Shown here piece after piece: positions 35,076 to 42,182 of a DNA stretch of 64,000 nucleotides. The stretch comes from a virus. Within the stretch, counting starts at the first letter, position 1, and each line of letters opens with the position of its first letter. The notes under the pieces are model-generated. The model was not told the origin of the DNA and made no database searches. It saw only the letters and a list, made by a program, of their open reading frames with translations. The position numbers and the translations under genes are program-made. Where the stretch lies: the IMG/VR virus record IMGVR_UViG_3300029171_000001; one strand, 5' to 3'.

Positions 35076-35735
35076 ATGAAACCATTATATACATTTATTG
35101 AATTTGAAAAAGCTAAAACTTGTGATATGTTACCTTGTGAGTGTTTACAATGTCATGGTGTTTTTAAAAAACAAAAAAGAGCAATAGTAAAAGCACTAAA
35201 AGGTGTTGACAGGCATTGTGGTAATTTTTGTAGTCCAATTTGCGGAAGAATTCACCAAGGTGGATTAAGTCAATCTGTGGTCTGCAAAAATTGCCAGACG
35301 GAATTTCTTAAAAAACCTTCTGAAATACTTAGAAATAAAAATCATTTTTGTTCTAAATCTTGTGCTGCCACTTATAATAACACACATAAAACTCACGGTA
35401 CCAGACGATCTAAACTTGAACAATATCTAGAAGAACAATTAACACTTCTTTATCCAGATCTATTAATCAACTTTAACAAAAAAGATGTAATTAATTCTGA
35501 ACTTGATATTTATATTCCATCACTCAAACTTGCTTTTGAATTAAATGGTATTTATCACTATAAACCAATTCATGGCGATAACAAATTAGAAAAAATAAGA
35601 ATTAATGATACTTTAAAAAAAGAAGCATGTAAAAAACTCAACATTGAACTAAATGTAATAAATACATCAACTAAAGAGCATGAGACAATTTTTTTAAAAA
35701 TAATTGCCGACATTATAAACTATAATTTAGTTTAA
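35076..35735 (+). CDS. Zn-finger plus PD-(D/E)xK-type putative homing endonuclease
   Basis: CxxC/FCSxxC motifs, ELDIYIPSLKLAFELNGIYHY; antisense to the tRNA array; TATTTATA at 35059. Confidence 0.75.
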   Translation: MKPLYTFIEFEKAKTCDMLPCECLQCHGVFKKQKRAIVKALKGVDRHCGNFCSPICGRIHQGGLSQSVVCKNCQTEFLKKPSEILRNKNHFCSKSCAATYNNTHKTHGTRRSKLEQYLEEQLTLLYPDLLINFNKKDVINSELDIYIPSLKLAFELNGIYHYKPIHGDNKLEKIRINDTLKKEACKKLNIELNVINTSTKEHETIFLKIIADIINYNLV

Positions 35736-35761
35736 CTTTTCAAAAATTCAAAGAACAAATG

Positions 35762-35833
35762 AGCGCCCTGACACAATCGAAGTGCCGCATGCAGACATTG
35801 CGTGTCTGTGCCTTTCCCCTTGGCTAAGGGCGC
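35762..35833 (-). tRNA. tRNA-Cys(GCA)-like with A32/C33/U38
   Basis: GCGCCCT/AGGGCGC, U73, CAGAC-ACGCAAT-GTCTG. Confidence 0.7.
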
Positions 35834-35839
35834 TTTTAG

Positions 35840-35887
35840 TGGGAGTGTAGTCATCGAAGACCTTGACCATATTTCAGTCACACTCCC
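35840..35887 (-). ncRNA. mini-tRNA 1 (48 nt)
   Basis: GGGAGTG TGAC-loop-GTCA A GGTC-TTCGAT-GACT A CACTCCC A. Confidence 0.7.
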
Positions 35888-35936
35888 TGGTGGTTAGGAA
35901 AGGATATTATCCTCATACATCACCAAAGACCCAACC
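35888..35936 (-). ncRNA. minihelix-like RNA with CCA
   Basis: GGTTGGG/CCTAACC ACCA with AGGAT/ATCCT hairpin. Confidence 0.5.
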
Positions 35937-35982
35937 TGGTGGAGAGCAGATCACTTAAGACCCTAACTTTACAGCACTCTCC
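35937..35982 (-). ncRNA. mini-tRNA 2 (46 nt, CCA)
   Basis: GGAGAGT GCT-GTAA-AGT TAG GGTC-TTAAGT-GATC T GCTCTCC ACCA. Confidence 0.75.
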
Positions 35983-35986
35983 TTTG

Positions 35987-36112
35987 TGGCTCTTAAAGGA
36001 TTCGAACCTCTGACAAAACAAAAAATGATATCGTTTTTGTTGTGCTAGTCTACCATATTTTCATTTAGTTACTCGTTGCAACATTTCACTAAAATCCAAT
36101 TGACCAAAAGCC
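35987..36112 (-). ncRNA. 126-nt tRNA-like RNA with D-loop insert and extended central stem
   Basis: GGCTTTT/AAGAGCC+A, AGAGG-TTCGAAT-CCTTT, D-stem GTC/GAC. Confidence 0.55.
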
Positions 36113-36117
36113 ATTTG

Positions 36118-36261
36118 TGGACGTAGAAGGAATCGAACCTCCAATCTTCAGCGTTCCGTGTTAACTTGCAGAACTTCGATCATCCCTCACCTTTCATTAT
36201 TGTCTCGCTTTTATTTGCAAATTATTATGCGATATTTTCATTTCCAGTGCGATATACGCCC
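36118..36261 (-). ncRNA. 144-nt tRNA-Ala-like RNA with large inserts
   Basis: GGGCGTA/TACGTCC+A (G3:U70), D-stem TCGC/GCGA, GGAGG-TTCGATT-CCTTC. Confidence 0.55.
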
Positions 36262-36282
36262 ATATTTTAAAGAACATTTTTG

Positions 36283-36354
36283 AGATCCATGTCGGGTTCG
36301 AACCGACGACCTTGGCTTTTAGAGGGCCTTGCTCTGCCGCTGAGCTAATGGATC
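36283..36354 (-). tRNA. amber suppressor tRNA (CTA anticodon)
   Basis: GATCCAT/ATGGATC, U73, GCTC/GAGC D-stem, loop CTCTAAA, 3-bp anticodon stem plus mismatches. Confidence 0.8.
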
Positions 36355-36360
36355 ATTTTG

Positions 36361-36435
36361 AGCAGGAGGATGGAATCGAACCACCGTCCTCTGATATTGC
36401 GTATCAGCGCTTGCAGCCAACTCAGCTACTCCTGC
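36361..36435 (-). tRNA. second tRNA-Cys(GCA)-like with A32/C33/U38
   Basis: GCAGGAG/CTCCTGC, U73, CTGAT-ACGCAAT-ATCAG. Confidence 0.7.
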
Positions 36436-36440
36436 TTTTG

Positions 36441-36511
36441 TGGGGGAAGATGTTAACGAAACATCGACCTTCTCTCTTGCGAAAAACGCTCTTCAACTGA
36501 GCTATTCCCCC
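36441..36511 (-). ncRNA. tRNA-like RNA with CGCAA anticodon region
   Basis: GGGGGAA/TTCCCCC+A, GCTC/GAGC, TTTTC-GCAA-GAGAG, T-loop TTCGTTA. Confidence 0.6.
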
Positions 36512-36557
36512 TGGTGGAGAGCAGATCACTTAAGACCCTAACTTTTCAGCACTCTCC
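36512..36557 (-). ncRNA. mini-tRNA 3 (46 nt, CCA), copy of mini-tRNA 2
   Basis: Differs from 35937-35982 only in the loop (GAAA vs GTAA). Confidence 0.75.
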
Positions 36558-36562
36558 TTGTG

Positions 36563-36606
36563 TGGGGAAGCAGTCATCTAAGACCTTGTTCTTTCGAACC
36601 TTCCCC
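36563..36606 (-). ncRNA. mini-tRNA 4 (44 nt)
   Basis: GGGGAAG GTTC-GAAA-GAAC AA GGTC-TTAGAT-GACT G CTTCCCC A. Confidence 0.75.
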
Positions 36607-36756
36607 AAGTCCTCTTGTTCCCACTTAAGGGACAATGTTTGAGTTTTTGTTTCTTAGCCAAGTCGCAATCCAAGGCCTGTCTTTTTTGGGTCTGCAGAAC
36701 CCAGACTGTTTCCACTCGCTCACTGATTTTTCAATCTGCGCATCAATTGAAAAACT

Positions 36757-36999
36757 TCAAGAGGTTTTTATTTTATAGATGAAGTGATTTGTGTTTGGCA
36801 TATAACCTTTACCACTTCTATCAAAGAACATTTTGTTTTGCTTATTATCTTCTACTACAATTGCTTCATCAGTTAAATCTATTACCACCCACCAATGTTT
36901 CCACTCTACAGTTGGATTTATTTCATCAGTTGCGCAAGATATTGCAAGTAGTTGACTTTTTACTTTATCACCAATTTTAATATTTGTCAAATTAATCAT
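36757..36999 (-). CDS. hypothetical protein
   Basis: 80-aa ORF. Confidence 0.65.
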   Translation of the reverse strand: MINLTNIKIGDKVKSQLLAISCATDEINPTVEWKHWWVVIDLTDEAIVVEDNKQNKMFFDRSGKGYMPNTNHFIYKIKTS

Positions 37000-37262
37000 T
37001 AGTAAATTTGTGCTATTGTTTCATTGTTGTTTTCGTAAATCTCAATTCTTCCCTTGAATTGAATACTGCCCTTTGTTGTTGGATTTTCTGGAGTTTCTTT
37101 TGTTGAGAATCCAATTTGAGAATCAACATGATTAACATAATAGGTTTGACCCTTGTGCTTGATTGTCCACATCGGAATAGAAGGATCCGATAAATGTCCC
37201 TTGTTAAAGTGGAACACAATTCTACTAACTTCTTCAGATTGCATTATGATTTTATTTTCCAT
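36999..37262 (-). CDS. hypothetical protein
   Basis: Start re-set to MENKII. Confidence 0.7.
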   Translation of the reverse strand: MENKIIMQSEEVSRIVFHFNKGHLSDPSIPMWTIKHKGQTYYVNHVDSQIGFSTKETPENPTTKGSIQFKGRIEIYENNNETIAQIY

Positions 37263-37644
37263 CTGCAACCTCCTTTCCATGAAAATTTTGAAAAGCTGAA
37301 GTATACTCTCTAAACGCCAACGGCAAGTTTGAGGTAAGCCTTTTCGCCTCTTCAGATGGCTCCAACGCAATAGCTGTTAAAGCATCGTTAAAGTCTGGCT
37401 CGGTAAACGCAGAACATAAAATGCCCCTTGTTTTAGCTTTAAATAATAATTCTTGTAATGATTTTTCGTTCTCGCAAGAAAGAAGAACGATATGATTGGA
37501 TTTGAAATACCAATCGTTTTGAACAACTTCGTGTTCTTTTTGAAATTGCTTGCCAGCATGGACAAGCTGAGCACCTTGAGCTCCTGGGTGGAGGTCTCTC
37601 CTGGTGATGAGGATCAATTTTGATTTGTCGTTAATCTACAACAT
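37252..37644 (-). CDS. Pth2-like peptidyl-tRNA hydrolase with in-frame TAG at codon 3
   Basis: LITRRDL..GAQGAQ..HA, IVLL, FTEPD, TAIALEP, LT.NLPL; ATG TTG TAG ATT AAC in frame upstream of the TTG at 37617. Confidence 0.75.
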
Positions 37645-37708
37645 AACTTTTCTTTTTTTATTTTTTACTCAGAGTTTATAAATATGAGTAAATTTTGTTT
37701 TTAGTATC

Positions 37709-37738
37709 TTATACGCACAAAGGTAATACAAAGTTTCA
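37709..37738 (-). promoter_or_regulatory. promoter TGAAAC-N17-CGTATAA with TACCTTTG
   Basis: Same architecture as the array-1 and array-2 promoters, followed by TATTTATA at 37677-37684. Confidence 0.7.
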
Positions 37739-37784
37739 TCTAAATGCAAATATTTTTTGAATTTTTATTGTAAGTTATTGGTTA

Positions 37785-38129
37785 TCAATTAGAAAAAATT
37801 CTTTGTAAAACCTTTATCCAAGTATAAACTAAACCTAGAAACAATAAAATTTCAATATTAAACCCAAACCTGTATGTGTAATAAACAATAGCGATCCAAG
37901 TTGTGTTGCAATAAACGCATAGCCCAAAAGGTTTAAGCAGCCATCTTTTCCAACGATCTTTCTTTCTCCAATTGTGAATCCAGTGATAAGTCAACCAAAG
38001 ATAATATCTTCGGAAAATCATTCCTGGTTCCATACATTCTTGAAAAAACAACCCTAAGCTTGCTATCATGAGGCAGAGTAACACCAAGGTCGCACCCCCT
38101 ACGCTTTCCACAATTGTTTCTGATATCAT
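37785..38129 (-). CDS. hypothetical membrane protein
   Basis: 114 aa, three hydrophobic segments. Confidence 0.7.
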   Translation of the reverse strand: MISETIVESVGGATLVLLCLMIASLGLFFQECMEPGMIFRRYYLWLTYHWIHNWRKKDRWKRWLLKPFGLCVYCNTTWIAIVYYTYRFGFNIEILLFLGLVYTWIKVLQRIFSN

Positions 38130-38248
38130 AAGTAGTTTTCATACTTATAAATATGAAAAAAAACTCGCTCCACTACTTAGATGTTTCAGTTCATGGATTC
38201 ACCTGGTTGCTACCACAAATAGCTTATGTGGCTCCCAGATTACGAGCT

Positions 38249-38545
38249 TTATTTCAAAATTTCAATAACTTTTCCATACACATTCTTGGTCCATCCATTT
38301 ACATGACCTTTATTGTTTGCAATTTGACAACCCTTGTTCGGATCTTTTGAGACAACTTTATGTGTATATAATGAACCAGACACTTTGCAATAAACAATGT
38401 CGCCAACTTCAACTTGTTCCCATGTGCATGGCGCAATCTTTACAGGTTGCCTTGATTTAATGGTCGGTAACATTGAATTGCCTGGCTCTTTACTTATAAT
38501 GGTCTCACCAGCTAATAATTTTTCTATTTTCCAATGTTTATTCAC
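38249..38545 (-). CDS. S24/S26 peptidase-like protein
   Basis: GNSMLP, VGDIVYC, HKV. Confidence 0.75.
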   Translation of the reverse strand: MNKHWKIEKLLAGETIISKEPGNSMLPTIKSRQPVKIAPCTWEQVEVGDIVYCKVSGSLYTHKVVSKDPNKGCQIANNKGHVNGWTKNVYGKVIEILK

Positions 38546-39515
38546 TTTTTTCTTTTTTCAACCACAAATAATCGTGATTATTTTTTGTATCATACAAACA
38601 AAATTCAACTTCATGTTTTGGAATTTCAAAACCCAAAGATTTCAATTGAAGTATGTTATTTTTAATATCCTGTTCAAATCCCTCTTTATACGTATTATAG
38701 TCACGGAAAGTTACCATTTGAATATATTTTCCTTCAGAAACTTTTTTAAATACATTTTTTGATAGGTGTCCGCCTTGTGGAGAAATTATGTTTCTAAGCA
38801 TATTTTCTTTGCGCTTAGAACCATCCATTTCTATTGACAAATGAGATTCAAAATAACAACCTTCTGGCATTTTTTCTCCCTCATAAGGAATTGCGTTGTT
38901 TTGTTTTTTTCTGGGTGATCCAGGGTGCCAAGGTACTGTCTCAATTTTTTGTCTTAACACTTTATAACCCCTAAGCATTAATTCATTTTTGATGCGTTGT
39001 GATTCAAAATAAACAGATGTGTTATTTCCATAATGTTTAGAAGATGTCATCACATCAGTCAACACTACACTGCCGCCATTTTCCAAATCAAGAACAATAG
39101 GTTTAACCCCAATAAACCCACAGTCTTCCTTAAACTGAGGAATAAATTTATCGTCAAACAACTGTGTTTCCACTGTCACGTGAATTTCGTATGGTAGTGG
39201 AAATTGTGCCACATCTTCTTTGTCTTGAAGCTCTTGCCAATATCTTGATTTTTGATCCATCATACCCTCAATATCTTCATGAGTAAACCCCAAATCATAA
39301 GCTATGGAAATAGATGCTAGCATTGTATCTGCAACTTCTTCTAGAATTTTATACTTATCTACAAAACGATGATTGGTCGCATAAGCCGAAACATAGGGGA
39401 GTACAGCTTTTGAAAGTTCACCACTTTCTTCTGAGACCTTCAAAGCTTTTTCTGCAAGACTTTTTTTATCACGCAAAGAAAGGGTTTGGATATAGTTTAA
39501 TAATTCTTTATTCAT
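38538..39515 (-). CDS. MazG-like NTP pyrophosphohydrolase fused to an unknown domain
   Basis: KVSEESGEL...EEVAD; C-terminal YEIHVTV/ETVPWHP domain. Confidence 0.75.
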   Translation of the reverse strand: MNKELLNYIQTLSLRDKKSLAEKALKVSEESGELSKAVLPYVSAYATNHRFVDKYKILEEVADTMLASISIAYDLGFTHEDIEGMMDQKSRYWQELQDKEDVAQFPLPYEIHVTVETQLFDDKFIPQFKEDCGFIGVKPIVLDLENGGSVVLTDVMTSSKHYGNNTSVYFESQRIKNELMLRGYKVLRQKIETVPWHPGSPRKKQNNAIPYEGEKMPEGCYFESHLSIEMDGSKRKENMLRNIISPQGGHLSKNVFKKVSEGKYIQMVTFRDYNTYKEGFEQDIKNNILQLKSLGFEIPKHEVEFCLYDTKNNHDYLWLKKEKSE

Positions 39516-39581
39516 ATTATAAAGATAATAAAAAAAGGCACGTGCTTTGTGCCGTGCCTTTCAAAATTAGAAAATTAACAA

Positions 39582-39935
39582 TTAACGTGACATTTTATTG
39601 TAGCGATTAGACAAACTTTGGAAAGTTGTGTAAAGGCTCTTTGGAATGTTTCCGCTTTTGTAGTTTTCTTCAATTCTAGCTTTAATGTCAGAAACATAAT
39701 TTCTGCCATGGCCGTTTGCTTTTGCAGCAGCAGACACTGAGATAGAATTGTTAATTGCTGATCTGAGAACGCTAATACCATTGTTTAAACTGATAATTGA
39801 ACTCTCTCTTCTTTTGTTTGTTTTGTTAGCACTTGAATTTCTGCTTGAAGAAGACTGTTTGCTTGTTCTTGCTGATCTTGAAGATGCTGTTCTTCTAGAA
39901 GTGTTTCTAGATGTTTTTGCTGTGTTTTTAGGCAT
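39582..39935 (-). CDS. Ser/Arg-rich basic protein
   Basis: Low-complexity basic N-terminus. Confidence 0.7.
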   Translation of the reverse strand: MPKNTAKTSRNTSRRTASSRSARTSKQSSSSRNSSANKTNKRRESSIISLNNGISVLRSAINNSISVSAAAKANGHGRNYVSDIKARIEENYKSGNIPKSLYTTFQSLSNRYNKMSR

Positions 39936-40001
39936 AACTTTTAGGTTTATGTTTATAATTGAAGTTGAAATTTACAAAACATTTTTCAAAAAACCAAATT
40001 T

Positions 40002-40265
40002 TTATCTAGGTTTTTTATAATCCCGCTTAAAATAAACATACAAAGCCCAAATAGAAATTATACACCAAGTGCCCTCCAAAACCACAAAAGGCACATATTT
40101 TATCATAATGGACGCTGTACAGGCAAAGGAGCTACCCACAAGGTTCATCACGATATAAAACGGATGATCATTGTGTAACTTATCGGCTATATTCAACAAG
40201 AAAACAATAAGCATCATTGTTACACCTATGGTACCAATAATATCGCTTAACTCCATGATTATCAC
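40002..40265 (-). CDS. small membrane protein (CBU_0592-like)
   Basis: IGTIG...Y..MNL.GS...PF..LE..W pattern. Confidence 0.6.
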   Translation of the reverse strand: MIIMELSDIIGTIGVTMMLIVFLLNIADKLHNDHPFYIVMNLVGSSFACTASIMIKYVPFVVLEGTWCIISIWALYVYFKRDYKKPR

Positions 40266-40786
40266 TTATTTGTAATCAAATACTCTGTTACAACTTCCCA
40301 TGTTGGAAATTTTTCGCTACCATACATTACATGTTCACCTATACCTTCAGCGGCCCCATATTTAAATCTGTCATCAACCAAAAAATGATATAAAAAACTA
40401 TCTTTCCTAAAGGTTAGATCCAACCTTTTTTCTGCCCATTCACCAAAATGGTTTTCAAGCCATAATCTTTTTTCGGTAAAAGAATCTGGATTACCCCAAG
40501 ACGGTGCAGATAAAAACCTTATATAGAAATGCTCGTCAAGTTCCTGAATTGCCTCCTTAGCTCCAGGAATAAGCTCTAACTCAAGATAAAACTTTGGCTT
40601 TCTATACATTTTTTTATCCCTAAATTCTTCAATTGTAATTCCCAACTCTTGTGATTTCACGAGCATTTTTTTGTCAAAATCGGCAATCACACCATCCATG
40701 TCTATAGCCAATGTTTTCTTTCCTTCTCTAGCGTGAATAGCATTAAGAAAGGATTGGATCTGCTCTGTGGTTAGAAACTGCTTCAT
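40262..40786 (-). CDS. 5'(3')-deoxyribonucleotidase (HAD, NT5C type)
   Basis: IDMDGVIADF, EKR.W, LVDD. Confidence 0.85.
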   Translation of the reverse strand: MKQFLTTEQIQSFLNAIHAREGKKTLAIDMDGVIADFDKKMLVKSQELGITIEEFRDKKMYRKPKFYLELELIPGAKEAIQELDEHFYIRFLSAPSWGNPDSFTEKRLWLENHFGEWAEKRLDLTFRKDSFLYHFLVDDRFKYGAAEGIGEHVMYGSEKFPTWEVVTEYLITNK

Positions 40787-41789
40787 TTTTATCTTTGTTT
40801 TGAATTAAATATTCTACTACTGTTTTCCAGTTTGGAAATTTACTGCTTCCAAAATGAATAAATTCACCTTTAAAATCTAATTGGCCAGCTTGTACGGTGT
40901 CATCAATTAAAATATGCCCTTCACCATTTACAATTGATTTATCACAAGCAATTATCAAGTTTTCTAACACGTGAAAACCCAAATGTTTCTTGATCCAAAA
41001 CGCTTTTTCTGTAAAGCAATGTAAGTTATAATTTGAAGGTCTTGTTAAAACATACATGTCATAATAATTTTCTAACATCCTAAAAGAATCTACGGCATCA
41101 TCAATTGGGTCTAAGTCGGCAAAAAAAGCATATTGAGATTGTGGAAACTCAATCTCTGGTCTTTCTTCTTTGTACTGATTGTAAGATTTTAAAAAGTTAC
41201 ACAACACTCCATCCATATCCACATACACCTTTTTTCTTTGCTTTATTCCAAGGCGCTTAAAAACCTCGTCACGTGTTTGAGTTTTTTCGCCCTGCAAGTC
41301 TTTGATAAGATAGTTTTTTGGATATAATGCCACTGTATCAATCTTCAACTTTATTGCTGCTTTTAAGCCAGCTTCATCAAAACCAGTCTGACCACCAGAT
41401 CTTATACCCTTCACTTTTGTTTTTAATTCTGGATTTTTTATGATATGATATAATAATTGATAAGTAAACTCATCGCATTGTTCTTGAGTCATTTCACCTT
41501 TCATGGTATACAAACCATTTCCAGCTACATTAATGACAACAGCATGTTTCATATCTAAAAAATGCTTGTTAATTAAAGAAACGATGTTTTTAGCCTTTTC
41601 TTTCGGATCACCTATTGGAGAAACTGGCACATACAACTTGCCGTGTTTTTTAACCAATTCTTTTGTTAGTTTCTCACCCCTAGATTCAAAATTTAAGGCT
41701 ATAGCTATTGTTATATCGCCCTTTTTTGCATTTTCCTCTGTTCGTCCATGATATCCAGAGTCTTGATTTTCTTCTAATATAAACTGCAT
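40743..41789 (-). CDS. permuted SLOG (MoCo-carrier-like) domain fused to NT5C nucleotidase
   Basis: RTEENA, INVAGN, then RSGGQTG.D; C-terminal VDMDGV. Confidence 0.7.
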   Translation of the reverse strand: MQFILEENQDSGYHGRTEENAKKGDITIAIALNFESRGEKLTKELVKKHGKLYVPVSPIGDPKEKAKNIVSLINKHFLDMKHAVVINVAGNGLYTMKGEMTQEQCDEFTYQLLYHIIKNPELKTKVKGIRSGGQTGFDEAGLKAAIKLKIDTVALYPKNYLIKDLQGEKTQTRDEVFKRLGIKQRKKVYVDMDGVLCNFLKSYNQYKEERPEIEFPQSQYAFFADLDPIDDAVDSFRMLENYYDMYVLTRPSNYNLHCFTEKAFWIKKHLGFHVLENLIIACDKSIVNGEGHILIDDTVQAGQLDFKGEFIHFGSSKFPNWKTVVEYLIQNKDKNEAVSNHRADPILS

Positions 41790-41886
41790 TTTTCTCTTTT
41801 ATAACACACAAATTTACGCAATTTTTACAATTTATCCAAAAGAGGTTGTTTTTACCAATTCGAGCACTATTTATAATCAAAAAACC

Positions 41887-42180
41887 ATGAAAGCTATACT
41901 TAATTTTTTTGCACAATTATTTGGTAAAACGGACACAAAAACACAAGAAACAACAAGTAAACCACTTATTGAAAATTCTGATCCAATTGTTGAAGAATCT
42001 AATATGCCAGAAATAAATACAACACTGGTTTCACCGTCTATATCCATAGAAGTGGAAGACAAAACTGAAGCTACAGAAAAAGCGACAGCATCCACACATA
42101 AAAAAACATCAAAACCAGCTGTGAAAAAAATGAAAAAAGCACCAGTAAAAGCAAAAACCAAAACAAACAAAAAGAAATAA
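41887..42180 (+). CDS. small basic protein
   Basis: TATTTATA upstream; Lys-rich tail. Confidence 0.7.
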   Translation: MKAILNFFAQLFGKTDTKTQETTSKPLIENSDPIVEESNMPEINTTLVSPSISIEVEDKTEATEKATASTHKKTSKPAVKKMKKAPVKAKTKTNKKK

Positions 42181-42182
42181 TA

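Noticed and set aside
35029-35760. Group I intron or split tRNA interrupted by the endonuclease
   Set aside because: No matching 5' half (CGTGG T-stem strand) and no intron core found on either side
36118-36261. tmRNA
   Set aside because: Too short, with no tag reading frame or pseudoknots visible
36283-36354. tRNA-Pyl call for the CUA tRNA
   Set aside because: Normal D-arm, 5-nt variable loop and U73; no pyl genes in the window
35937-36557. 46-bp direct repeat as a possible CRISPR array
   Set aside because: Only two copies 575 bp apart, separated by tRNAs, each ending in CCA; no cas genes in the window
39582-39935. Ser/Arg-rich ORF as another attenuator leader
   Set aside because: 117 aa with a folded-looking C-terminus and no tRNAs or antiterminator downstream
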